The position numbers and the translations under genes were made by a program. The notes below the pieces were generated by a model. The model ran no database searches. It worked only from the letters and a program-made list of their open reading frames with translations, and had not been told where the DNA came from. From Thermodesulfovibrionales bacterium (GTDB lineage: Bacteria; Nitrospirota; Thermodesulfovibrionia; Thermodesulfovibrionales; SM23-35), in the NCBI GenBank assembly GCA_963715195.1, contig CAVQRT010000007.1, forward strand, positions 160,001 through 224,000: DNA of 64,000 bases, in the 5' to 3' direction. Of this stretch, positions 48,821 through 58,386 are shown one piece after another. Position 1 is the first letter of the stretch. Every line of letters begins with the position of its first letter.

Positions 48821-49342
48821 TCAGGCCTTCTTTCTGAAAATCGATATGTAGGGCAGATTCCGGTAGTTATTGTCGTAGTCCAGACCATATCCGACGACGT
48901 AATGATTGGGGATGACATACCCGACATAATCCAGGGGGACATCGACTTCCCGGCGCTCCTTTTTGTCGAGAAATGTACAGATCTTCAGACTGAGAGGACC
49001 ACGGGAAAGGACCCTTTCCCGGATCTGATTGAGGGTGATCCCGGTATCCACGATATCATCGATGAGCAGAACATCCTTGTCAGACACATCTTCGCGTATA
49101 TCGTAATGAATCTTCACTTCACCCGATGTTTCAGACTTCACATAACTTGAGGCGAGAATAAAGTCAAGGGTAAGGGGGACTTCAATTGAGCGAACGATAT
49201 CTGAAAAAAACATGAACGATCCTTTCAAAATCCCCACCGCAAGCATTTTTTTCCCAGCGTAGTCTCTTGAGATCTCTAATGCCAGTTCCTTGACCTTTGC
49301 CTGTATCTGGCTGGTCGTCAGAAAGGGTTTCCCGATAATCAT
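48821..49342 (-). CDS. hpt: hypoxanthine phosphoribosyltransferase
   Basis: ILKGS, SSY, LIDDIVDTGIT, VVGYGLD, RNLP. Confidence 0.95.
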   Translation of the reverse strand: MIIGKPFLTTSQIQAKVKELALEISRDYAGKKMLAVGILKGSFMFFSDIVRSIEVPLTLDFILASSYVKSETSGEVKIHYDIREDVSDKDVLLIDDIVDTGITLNQIRERVLSRGPLSLKICTFLDKKERREVDVPLDYVGYVIPNHYVVGYGLDYDNNYRNLPYISIFRKKA

Positions 49343-49517
49343 GTCTGCTCCTTAAGGGTTTAAAATTGAAGGCTTACCGCAACAATGCTATGTACTATTA
49401 AATATAATTTTCTCCAAAAGCGCAAGTGATATCTGTGTTGCAGCCGCGTTCTCATGGAGTTCTCTCCGCAGGGATGAAGGTTCACGGACATGATGGTATA
49501 ATATGAACTACTATCCT

Positions 49518-52316
49518 ATGCCGGTTAAAGTCCTCCATACCCCCTTTGAGTACAAGAGTTCGACAAGAGAACTCTTCAACGAGGCATTAGAAAAAAAGCA
49601 CGGTCCGGACTACTCAAAAATACTCTACATTGCACCTGCCTCCTGGAAAATTCATGAAGCGCAACGGGTGTTCCATGCTGTTACAGGAGATTGTTACATA
49701 CCTCCCGTCATGATGACGCTGCCACAGTTTTCAAAGAGGCTATTCTCGCTCTATGAAAACAGAAAAATCGTCCCGCAGGCACTTGCGCCGGTGATACTGT
49801 CAAAACAGTTTCATAAAAGTCTCGGCTATTCATGTTTGATTGCCGACTTTGTACACGAGATGAAGCAGCACTATCCGACAAAGAATGTGGCAGCCATCAC
49901 CAGCGGCGTCAAGTCTCTGTTCGATCGTCGCGGAATACCTGAGGAAGTCTCATCAAGAACCATGGAAGCACTGACAATTATGGATCGCTATACGAATTTA
50001 CTTGAAAACTACACCGCTGCAGATGAGAACGACGCTATGGCAATGTGTCCGGGGATCATTCGCAGACAGAACATCAAATATGACTGTCTGATCATCGAAG
50101 GATTCATGGAACTGACCCCCTCAGAAGAGGCCGTTATGAAGGCGTTGATTGAGAACGCTGATGACACCGTTATCTCCATTCCATATAATCCTGATTATAA
50201 ATATATATCAAATAGTTATATTAATTCATTAAATAATAACTTTATAGTTAATACGGTTTATCTTGAGCATGAAAAGCGTCACATCAGCCTCGCTCATTAC
50301 CCCTATCCAAGTGTGGAAGATGAGATTGAAGGTATCGCGCGGAGCATCAAAAACCTGTTCATCGCGGGAACGGCAACCGATCTGGAAGAGGTTTATGTTG
50401 TCTTTCCCGAACTTCATGCCCGCTCAGACATGATCTCACGCGTTCTCAAAAAGTATGGCATCCCGTTCACTCTCACGTCAGGGAAGCCTTTAGCCTGCAC
50501 AAAACCGTACCTCGATCTTTTGGCATTGCTTGATTCGGTATCAAATGATTACCCGAGACTTCAGTTTTCTCAATTTCTTATATCACCTTATTTCAAGGCG
50601 CTCCCCTACTCTTTCAGGGAATATATTCCCTCTCTCTGCATTTCGTCCGGTTTTACAAAAGGAAGGACTGAATGGTTGAACCTTGTAAAACCAAGCCGGA
50701 ATGATTCGCGCAGGGAGTTCATCAGCAGCACAGCATCTCAAACCCTCGAAAAAGATCTTTCATGGGTTTTCAAAAAACTGACTCGCCTTGAATCCATATG
50801 CCGTAACTCAACCTTCAGCGACTACAGCGAAGCTGTCGTGAAGCTCCTGAATGATTTCGATTTCGACGACAACGGAAATCAGCCTTCTAATAACAAAAAT
50901 AAGATCATCGAGATAGTCAACGAACTCTCCCTTGCCGACAGATTTTTCAATCATGCACCAACAGATTTTCACAGCTTCACCGAAGCCCTGAAACACTGTC
51001 TTCTGAATTCACCGATGCCGGAACCCGAAACCACCGGTGTCCGCATTCTGCGTTTTACGGATGCATACGGACTGGAACCTAAACATCTGTACTTCGGGGG
51101 TTTGAGAGACGGTGATTTCCCGTCCAAGCCGGATATTGACCACCTCATGCCTGACAGTGCCAGGAAAGAGCTCGGCCTTGTCAATATGGAGAAATACCTT
51201 TTTCTCCAGAAATTTCAGTTCAGAAGGTTACTGTCATCCGCAAAGAATTATTATCTCAGCTATTCGGTCACAGAAGGAGATAGGCTTTTTCTGCCGTCAT
51301 CATTTCTGTCATGGAATGAAGGGATTACCAGAACGGTATACGGAATATTTTCGAAGGAAGAAGAGCTTATCCGGAAGAGCATCGCACTTCGTTCTTCGAT
51401 CATATCAGATATTCACACAACCGGTAAAAGAATTATCCGGAAAATGTTCGGAGAAGAATCTTCCATCCGGGTGACCGATATCGACGCGTACAGAACATGC
51501 GCGAGAAAGTTCTTCATCGAACGGGTCCTTTCCCTGAAACCGCTGGAGATCATACAGTTCGAGATAGAAGCATTAACACTTGGCACGATTGTCCATGAAA
51601 TCATGCAGGAACTGCTCTCGGAGCCATTTACAGATCTCAGTGCCCTTATTCTGAATGCCGGCAGGAAAATAGATGCTCTTCTGTCCCGGAAACCTCTCGA
51701 AGAATACTGGAAGAGAGTCTTGAAAGATACGTTCCTATCGATCCTTCCGGATATCTATGCAATCGAACAAAAGATAGCAGATGACGGATTTGTCTTCATG
51801 GGGGCCGAAGTGCCTGTAACAGGAGAGCTATTGGAGGGTATTACACTGAAAGGGAAGATCGACCGGATAGACAAGAAACTTGACCATGGAGACGTACCAT
51901 TAAACAGTGTATCAAAAAACTTATCAATCTCTTCATCGCCCGGTTCAGCCCTTTTCGAACTGATCGATTACAAGACCGGTGCAACCCAATTCAGCGGTTC
52001 GCAAATACTGTCACAGGGAGCAAACCTTCAACTATTGCTCTATGCCGCTTTGATGAAATTAAAGGGCATGCCTGTCGGGCGCGTGGGAATCTATTCTCTG
52101 AAAGACCTCTCCCTCACGTGGATCCCGAACAGAAAAGACAGAAAAGACGGCCGCACCCTTGAAGACTATATATCGGTATGCCTCCGGTTTCTCAAAGAAA
52201 CGGTTTGGGGGATGCGGAACGGGGAATTCCCGGCGCGTCCCCTGAATGACCAGACATGCAGGAATTGTCATGAAAGGCCTTATTGTCCATATATACAGAA
52301 AGCAGCTTTTTGTTAG
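49518..52316 (+). CDS. addB: AddB-like PD-(D/E)XK nuclease subunit
   Basis: Degenerate helicase body; YRTC..., G..VH, GKIDRID, IDYKTG, QL.LY, CRNC.....C (Fe-S staple). Confidence 0.8.
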   Translation: MPVKVLHTPFEYKSSTRELFNEALEKKHGPDYSKILYIAPASWKIHEAQRVFHAVTGDCYIPPVMMTLPQFSKRLFSLYENRKIVPQALAPVILSKQFHKSLGYSCLIADFVHEMKQHYPTKNVAAITSGVKSLFDRRGIPEEVSSRTMEALTIMDRYTNLLENYTAADENDAMAMCPGIIRRQNIKYDCLIIEGFMELTPSEEAVMKALIENADDTVISIPYNPDYKYISNSYINSLNNNFIVNTVYLEHEKRHISLAHYPYPSVEDEIEGIARSIKNLFIAGTATDLEEVYVVFPELHARSDMISRVLKKYGIPFTLTSGKPLACTKPYLDLLALLDSVSNDYPRLQFSQFLISPYFKALPYSFREYIPSLCISSGFTKGRTEWLNLVKPSRNDSRREFISSTASQTLEKDLSWVFKKLTRLESICRNSTFSDYSEAVVKLLNDFDFDDNGNQPSNNKNKIIEIVNELSLADRFFNHAPTDFHSFTEALKHCLLNSPMPEPETTGVRILRFTDAYGLEPKHLYFGGLRDGDFPSKPDIDHLMPDSARKELGLVNMEKYLFLQKFQFRRLLSSAKNYYLSYSVTEGDRLFLPSSFLSWNEGITRTVYGIFSKEEELIRKSIALRSSIISDIHTTGKRIIRKMFGEESSIRVTDIDAYRTCARKFFIERVLSLKPLEIIQFEIEALTLGTIVHEIMQELLSEPFTDLSALILNAGRKIDALLSRKPLEEYWKRVLKDTFLSILPDIYAIEQKIADDGFVFMGAEVPVTGELLEGITLKGKIDRIDKKLDHGDVPLNSVSKNLSISSSPGSALFELIDYKTGATQFSGSQILSQGANLQLLLYAALMKLKGMPVGRVGIYSLKDLSLTWIPNRKDRKDGRTLEDYISVCLRFLKETVWGMRNGEFPARPLNDQTCRNCHERPYCPYIQKAAFC

Positions 52317-52318
52317 CA

Positions 52319-55114
52319 ATGGAAAAATATCTTGATATCACAAAGAGCGTCATCATCTCTTCGCCGGCTGGTTCAGGGAAAACAGAGAAGCTTGCACGCC
52401 GCTACGTCAGCCTGCTGCTGAACGGTTCCCGAATTGAGGATATCCTTGCGATAACATTCACTGAAAAAGCCGCAGCCGAAATGAAGGAACGGATTCTGAA
52501 CATACTCGAAGCCGAGTATACGGGACTTTTTGTTCTGATCCGTGAGAAGGTGCCGTTCATGCGTATCTCGACAATTCATGCCTTTTGTCTCAAACTGCTG
52601 AAACGATTCTCGATCGAGCTCGGCTTTGATCCCAGCCTTGAGGTTATGGATGAATTCACTGCATCCACCCTGTGGACCTCATCCGTCTATGAAAGCCTCA
52701 TGGAGGAAAGGGACAATCCTGACCTCTTCTTTTCGATGATTGTCGACAGAGGCGTGAAGGGCTGGAACAGTCTCTTCAGGATCATCAATGAACTGCATAG
52801 CAGAAGGCCTCATCCCGAAATGATGATCAAAGAGGGTCATCCTGCCGTGGGCGAAGAGAAAAGAATCCTCACCTTGTATGCACGGTGTCTCAGCCGGTAT
52901 GCCGAAAAGAAACGGGAAAGACACCTTATTGATTTCGATGATATCGAAATGCTGGCTTATGACGCGCTCGTTAAAAACCCCCAGTGGCATAATATCCTCT
53001 ATTCCTTTGATGAGCACACTGACCACATTCTTGTGGACGAATTTCAGGATACAAGCTCACTCCAATGGAAGATTATCGACAAACTCACGGAGGAGTGGCG
53101 GTCCGGAACCGGCGCGAAGAGAGACAGGGGAGAAACACCGACAATCTTTCTTGTCGGCGATGATAAACAGTCGATCTATCTGTTCAGGGGTGCAAATGCC
53201 GGTGTCTTTCAGGAAGCCAGGACAAAACTCTCTGAATGGCTTGCAGATGAATTCTACTTTGAAGCGATGAAGGAGAACTATCGAAGCCTTCCGGAGATCG
53301 TCGATTTTGTCAACCGGCTTTTTACCCGCCTGATGCCTCCGGGACTTATTGAACAATGGCGAACAACCTATTCACCTTTCGAGGCCACACGAAAGGGAAC
53401 CGGTCATGTTGAACTCATCCTGCTTGCAGGAGAAGAGAGCATCAGGAAAAACCGTGAGCATGAGGCCACAGTTCTTGCACGGAGAATATCCTCACTGAAT
53501 ACTATTCACGAAGTCCTTGACGGTGAAATCAAGAGGAAGTGCATCTATGGAGACATGGCAATACTGCTGAGGAAACGTACCCACCTTACGGCATATGAAG
53601 ACGCATTGAGACTCCACGCGATACCATTTATCGTGGTAAAAGGCATCGGGTTTTATGATGAACCGGAGGTGGCATTCCTTCGGGAGCTCCTCTTCTTTCT
53701 CATTGACCCCTATGATGATCACAGTCTGTTCTGCCTTCTGCGTTCTCCCTTGTTCGGCATTGACTACGGAATCTTCATGAGTCTTGCTGATAAAGACAAA
53801 ACCCCGCTTTTGAAAAAGCTCGGCAGGGTCAAAAACAAGCGGATTTCCGGGGCCTACCGCATCATTTCCGGCTGGCTTGAGAGATCTGGAACAGCACCGT
53901 TTGCAGGAATCCTTGAAGACGCTCTGTCTGAAACAGAGGGATGGAAGTTTTTTGGAGAACCCCAAAGGCATGCGAATGTCAAGAAATTCATAGCAGTTAT
54001 CGAAGAGTATGAGTCCCAGGGATTGTCCGGTCTTGAAATCAGGGAGAAACTCATTCAATCGAAGACTCGTGAAGAGTCAAAGGCGAATATGAATACAGAG
54101 GGTATGAATGCAGTCCGGATTATGACAATTCATGCAGCAAAAGGCCTACAGTTTCCCATGGTGTTCCTTCCGGGACTGGATGAGAACACCACACCGAAAA
54201 GCAGTTCCATCGTTGTTGATGAGGATGAAGATGGTATTTATCTGGCATATGAGGACAATTCATTCACGAGGAAAGAGCATCATCATTTCCGGATCAGAAG
54301 AGAGAAAGAACGCGAAGAGGAAAAAAGACTCTTTTACGTTGCGGTTACACGGGCACAGGATTTCCTCTGCATGCTTGCTGCGCCGAAAAAAGGAAAGAGC
54401 CATTCCGGCAGATTGAAATATATCACCGATAACCTCGATTATCTGCCGTTGCTAAGGATATTGAAAGAACCTGACATTGATACCCTTGCCCGGCCATTTC
54501 ACCCTCCAGCAGATACTGCCCCTTCCGGACGGTTCTTCTCAGGGCCGCACTGGACCGATCCCCTTGCATACGAGCCACCCGTGAAGTGGCGCGATGTCAC
54601 GGAAGATCTCGATATCAGGGTGAAGCATGGAGACGACTGGGTATTGCTCGGCAGGATGTTTCACATCCTGTTCGAAGAGCTCTCCAGGGAAATTATTCCA
54701 TATGAAAACATTTCGGGCAGGGCATTATTTCTGCTCAGAAGCGAAATCCCGCATGAAAAACATGTCACGCACCTCCACGACGTTATTGAAAAAGACTTCT
54801 CAAAACTTGCAGGCTCCGGACATCTGAGAGACATTATCCTTCCGCAAAAGAATAGCTTCTCCGAACTGCCTTTTATTTTGGAAAAGGAACGCACGGTCTA
54901 CCGGGGCAGAATCGACAGGATCATTTTGAGGGATTCAAAAGTATATCTCTATGATTACAAGACCTTTCCAGCAGCTGAGAAGGAACTTCCGGAGCTGATG
55001 AATCACTACCGTTTTCAGATGGATATATACCGGTCCGCAGCAGAAAAGTTGTTCGGTATGGCTGCGAAGGGATATCTCCTCTTCACCCATCTTCCGCTGT
55101 TAGTGGAGATATAA
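52319..55114 (+). CDS. addA: AddA-like UvrD helicase-nuclease
   Basis: AGSGKT, TFT..AA.EM, DEFQD, GD.KQSIY.FR, NYRS, TIHAAKGL, YVA.TRA, GRIDR..DYKT. Confidence 0.87.
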   Translation: MEKYLDITKSVIISSPAGSGKTEKLARRYVSLLLNGSRIEDILAITFTEKAAAEMKERILNILEAEYTGLFVLIREKVPFMRISTIHAFCLKLLKRFSIELGFDPSLEVMDEFTASTLWTSSVYESLMEERDNPDLFFSMIVDRGVKGWNSLFRIINELHSRRPHPEMMIKEGHPAVGEEKRILTLYARCLSRYAEKKRERHLIDFDDIEMLAYDALVKNPQWHNILYSFDEHTDHILVDEFQDTSSLQWKIIDKLTEEWRSGTGAKRDRGETPTIFLVGDDKQSIYLFRGANAGVFQEARTKLSEWLADEFYFEAMKENYRSLPEIVDFVNRLFTRLMPPGLIEQWRTTYSPFEATRKGTGHVELILLAGEESIRKNREHEATVLARRISSLNTIHEVLDGEIKRKCIYGDMAILLRKRTHLTAYEDALRLHAIPFIVVKGIGFYDEPEVAFLRELLFFLIDPYDDHSLFCLLRSPLFGIDYGIFMSLADKDKTPLLKKLGRVKNKRISGAYRIISGWLERSGTAPFAGILEDALSETEGWKFFGEPQRHANVKKFIAVIEEYESQGLSGLEIREKLIQSKTREESKANMNTEGMNAVRIMTIHAAKGLQFPMVFLPGLDENTTPKSSSIVVDEDEDGIYLAYEDNSFTRKEHHHFRIRREKEREEEKRLFYVAVTRAQDFLCMLAAPKKGKSHSGRLKYITDNLDYLPLLRILKEPDIDTLARPFHPPADTAPSGRFFSGPHWTDPLAYEPPVKWRDVTEDLDIRVKHGDDWVLLGRMFHILFEELSREIIPYENISGRALFLLRSEIPHEKHVTHLHDVIEKDFSKLAGSGHLRDIILPQKNSFSELPFILEKERTVYRGRIDRIILRDSKVYLYDYKTFPAAEKELPELMNHYRFQMDIYRSAAEKLFGMAAKGYLLFTHLPLLVEI

Positions 55115-55126
55115 GATAGCATTAAC

Positions 55127-55281
55127 CCGAAAAGTACAGACATTCTCGCCCCACCGAATCCTCTGAGGCGGCTGAAAAATAATTCAACTCAATGATGTGT
55201 CAGAAATTCTCTCAACACTTTCGCTATCAGTCTATTTACGTTTTCGGAAATGGCAGTACGCAGAAACCTGAAGCCGTATTC
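55127..55281 (-). ncRNA. candidate structured small RNA (four-way junction)
   Basis: Four helices each with a G-U pair only on the minus strand; upstream ATGACT-16-TATACT promoter candidate. Confidence 0.4.
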
Positions 55282-55430
55282 TGAATCAGTATAACAGATT
55301 TTCCCCCAAAGTCATGACTGAGCTTACACGGCAGATGAACGGGGAAACATGCAGCAGGCAATCTCTATAAACTGCCTTCTTTTTACGCTTGTTATGAAAT
55401 CAGTCCGGAACCATCGTGCAACAAAAGAGC

Positions 55431-56120
55431 CTAGATGGTATTAACAAAAACCTGAATATTCTCTTTCTTCCTGATCTCTTCTGACACCCTTTCAGCTTCT
55501 GCCCGATTGAGAAATTCACCCAACAAAACGTTATACTGTTTATCTATGCCTTTCACGGAGAGTGTTATATATGCATTATGCCCGTAATCCGCAAGTTTCT
55601 TTCTCAATTCTTTTGCCTGAGCCATTTGCGTAAAGCATCCGGCCTGGACAACAAATTTATCTCTGGGAGGCTTCAGTGCAACTATTACATCGAGATTCTC
55701 CTTTTCCCTAATTTCTTTAGCAAGACGCTGAGCCTGTTTCACGTTCGTAAATCTCCCGATTAATACCCGGAATATTCTTTTCTCCTCATCAAATCCTGAA
55801 ACGGTTATATAACTCCCGTATCCCTTGTCTTCAAGTTTCTCCCGCATTGCCTGAGCATAAGATATATATTTAAATGCCCCGGCCTGCACGACGTATAAGC
55901 CCTCGGAAATCGGTTTGCATTGAGGGGACGGGAATGACGGTCCTTGTTTCGGATCATTGAGCGTTTCTGCAGATCGCCCCTCACGAGATGCAATGTTATA
56001 TGAGGCACATGATATGCAGAGGAGTATCGGAAAGATCAAAGCTCCCCGCGACAATTTTTTAAGAATCGGTGGAACATTCCGCGCCCAGAGGCATAGGAAC
56101 CCAACCTTCTTAGTATGCAT
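55431..56120 (-). CDS. double SPOR-domain (lipo)protein
   Basis: Two repeats of VVQAG.F...A......L...G...YI......V..G.F....A; probable lipobox ISC; start uncertain. Confidence 0.85.
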   Translation of the reverse strand: MHTKKVGFLCLWARNVPPILKKLSRGALIFPILLCISCASYNIASREGRSAETLNDPKQGPSFPSPQCKPISEGLYVVQAGAFKYISYAQAMREKLEDKGYGSYITVSGFDEEKRIFRVLIGRFTNVKQAQRLAKEIREKENLDVIVALKPPRDKFVVQAGCFTQMAQAKELRKKLADYGHNAYITLSVKGIDKQYNVLLGEFLNRAEAERVSEEIRKKENIQVFVNTI

Positions 56121-56222
56121 TACGTGCCTCCGTTTTTCGTTCTGAAGGATACCGGCTCAATGCGATTATCATGTATACCATTGATGGCATTTTTTGAACA
56201 TCATATCGCCCTGTGAAAAAAG

Positions 56223-56462
56223 CTACACTTTGTAGCGCTTGTACAGTTCGATTCTTGTCGGGCAGGAGCACTGGTAATATGAATGCTTTCTGCCCAATTT
56301 TTTGTAAGGGCATTGAGCGTATTGCGCCTTTTTCAGAAAAAGACCGTCTCCCTCAATATAGATGCTGACTTCGCAAAGATTCCTCTTTCCCTCCAGACAT
56401 TGAAACCCATACATGCACCTGGTAGTCTTTTGAAGGATAACATCGTTTATCCGGAAAGCCAT
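56223..56462 (-). CDS. small Cys-rich hypothetical protein
   Basis: 79 aa, six Cys, ends CSCPTR.ELY.RYKV. Confidence 0.7.
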   Translation of the reverse strand: MAFRINDVILQKTTRCMYGFQCLEGKRNLCEVSIYIEGDGLFLKKAQYAQCPYKKLGRKHSYYQCSCPTRIELYKRYKV

Positions 56463-56566
56463 GGTTGTTTTTTCCGATGATTGTTGATTGCAGAAATATT
56501 TAATATCAAACGAAATCAATAAGTCAATGACATTTCCGTGGGAGGCGCTCTACGGTCATCCGGTAA

Positions 56567-56761
56567 TCAGTTGACGACAGCGGGACGATCCTGCTGTTCT
56601 GAACTTCCCTTCAGATTCGTATCTCCTTTGCCGGTCAGCAGGGGATAATCGTGAATTAACTGCAGCACAAGCCCGTATCTTTCCCTAACGGATAAGGTGA
56701 GATACAATGGCGAATTCATCAATATGGAGATAATCTCTTTTACATCCTCTTGTCTCATCAT
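56567..56761 (-). CDS. small hypothetical protein under sigma54 promoter
   Basis: GAGG RBS; I..LM.SPLYL.LSVRER..L. Confidence 0.6.
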   Translation of the reverse strand: MMRQEDVKEIISILMNSPLYLTLSVRERYGLVLQLIHDYPLLTGKGDTNLKGSSEQQDRPAVVN

Positions 56762-56800
56762 ATACCTCTGCATTCGTTGTACTGATTACACCAAGGTATA

Positions 56801-56816
56801 TGCATACAATATGCCA
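56801..56816 (-). promoter_or_regulatory. sigma54 -24/-12 promoter
   Basis: TGGCAT-ATTGT-ATGCA (GG-N10-GC) with AT-rich tract upstream. Confidence 0.7.
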
Positions 56817-56964
56817 TTTTATAGATTTCATATCTAATTGTTTTTTCTGATAAAAATATGGATTAATTTATGTTCTCAATTAAGATTGTCAATTTGTGTC
56901 AGACTGGCAACCTCTTAAATACACCTAAACACCAGCCCGATGTCAACTGGGGCTGTGCACAGAA

Positions 56965-57861
56965 TTATCGCTTGATTTCTTTTTGCTTCCGCAGCCACCA
57001 GGCGTAATACCGCTCCCCCGCAGCCACACTCAAAACCGCCAGGCCCAGTCCAGCAATCACATCGACTACATAATGATACCGACAGTAGACTGTTGAAAAG
57101 ATAAGGGCAGCAACGATCGGGAGACAGACCCAGAAGAATCTTTTTTCAAAAAGATAGGCACAATAGAGCACAACAACCGTGACTGCTGTGTGTCCGCTCG
57201 GAAATGCGTCTCGCTTAATGCCTTCAAGCCTGTTCAGGACCTGCTGTACCGGCTCGGCAATCAGAAATCCGTGGAGCTCTTTTGTCTGCAGATGATCGAT
57301 CGTAAACCTCGGCCCGATCGCAGGGAACAGAATGTAGCCTAGATATGAGAGATAAAAACAGAATACGATCAGAAAAAGCGACCGTTCGAATGCGTCTTTT
57401 TTCCCCTTCGAGAGGAGGACAACTCCATAACCGACCGGAATAAAATAATATGATGTATAGGCTACCTGGAGCAGATCTGTCAGAACTGGATGGATAATCC
57501 TTTCGAGCAGTATGGTAGGATGATTGCCGAATATCAGATAATCAACCCTGATGAGCAGGGGATCGATATCACGGGGATTAATGGAGTGAACAACCCATTC
57601 AAGACTGTCAAATATCAATGCTATACAGATTACCGGAAAAATAAGATCATGGGAAATGCCGAGAAATTTCCCGTTGTTTTTGTACCTGGCAAGCAGCAGC
57701 TGAACTGCAACAAGTACCGAATAGAGGCCGATCAAAAAAGGCTGCTTCGGCAGGGAGTCGTAAAAGATACCGGTCAAGATCAGCAGGAAAAGAAGGAAAA
57801 GGATTGTGACGGTATCAGCAGGCCGCTGACGGGAGACTGCATTCGAGAGCCCCACCTTCAA
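56965..57861 (-). CDS. PAP2-superfamily membrane phosphatase/phosphotransferase (Aur1-like)
   Basis: FPA.GPRF, AFPSGH, STVY.RYHY.VD..AG. Confidence 0.88.
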   Translation of the reverse strand: MKVGLSNAVSRQRPADTVTILFLLFLLILTGIFYDSLPKQPFLIGLYSVLVAVQLLLARYKNNGKFLGISHDLIFPVICIALIFDSLEWVVHSINPRDIDPLLIRVDYLIFGNHPTILLERIIHPVLTDLLQVAYTSYYFIPVGYGVVLLSKGKKDAFERSLFLIVFCFYLSYLGYILFPAIGPRFTIDHLQTKELHGFLIAEPVQQVLNRLEGIKRDAFPSGHTAVTVVVLYCAYLFEKRFFWVCLPIVAALIFSTVYCRYHYVVDVIAGLGLAVLSVAAGERYYAWWLRKQKEIKR

Positions 57862-58346
57862 AGCTTGCGTAATGCCCTCGCAAGAGCTTTTTCTCTTTTG
57901 GAAAGCTGCCGCGGGTTTCCCTTCCTGCGAGGAGTGGCATCTTCATCATCGTCCGCTTCACCGCCATCGAATGACGGCTCTTTCCGTATGAGCGCACGGA
58001 GAAAATCTTCAGCCGGAGCAGGGATGGATCCCGAAGCCCATGCATGGTTTGCGATGTCCCTGTCCGATGAAACAACAATCCATTGACGGTTATCCGATGA
58101 TATAATGCGCTTGATGACAGTATCCGCTTTTTCGCCGACCCTGGAATAGATCACCTGCACTCCGCCGATGACCGACCGGGCCTCCTGCCCCTCCCCTGTC
58201 TTCCAGCCGTCAAAAACGACTGTTATATCGTGCCCTTTTCTTTTCCGGTAATCGATGAGGGATTCAATGAGCATCTCGCGTTGCCTTCTGAGATCACGGT
58301 GATAAATGCCTATTACATTGTACCCGTCGATGATGATTGATGAAAT
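57858..58346 (-). CDS. YacP/Rae1-like NYN-domain ribonuclease (probable ATT start)
   Basis: IIDGYN, VVFDG, E.AD..I, VVSSDR. Confidence 0.85.
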   Translation of the reverse strand: MSSIIIDGYNVIGIYHRDLRRQREMLIESLIDYRKRKGHDITVVFDGWKTGEGQEARSVIGGVQVIYSRVGEKADTVIKRIISSDNRQWIVVSSDRDIANHAWASGSIPAPAEDFLRALIRKEPSFDGGEADDDEDATPRRKGNPRQLSKREKALARALRKL

Positions 58347-58386
58347 GAAACACCTCCACAGATGACGCACATGTTATGCAATGATT

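Noticed and set aside
55219..55231. Hammerhead-like core CUGAUAGCGAAA on minus strand
   Set aside because: Lacks G8 and stem II
55192..55284. 30-aa plus-strand ORF after addA
   Set aside because: No RBS or protein-like features
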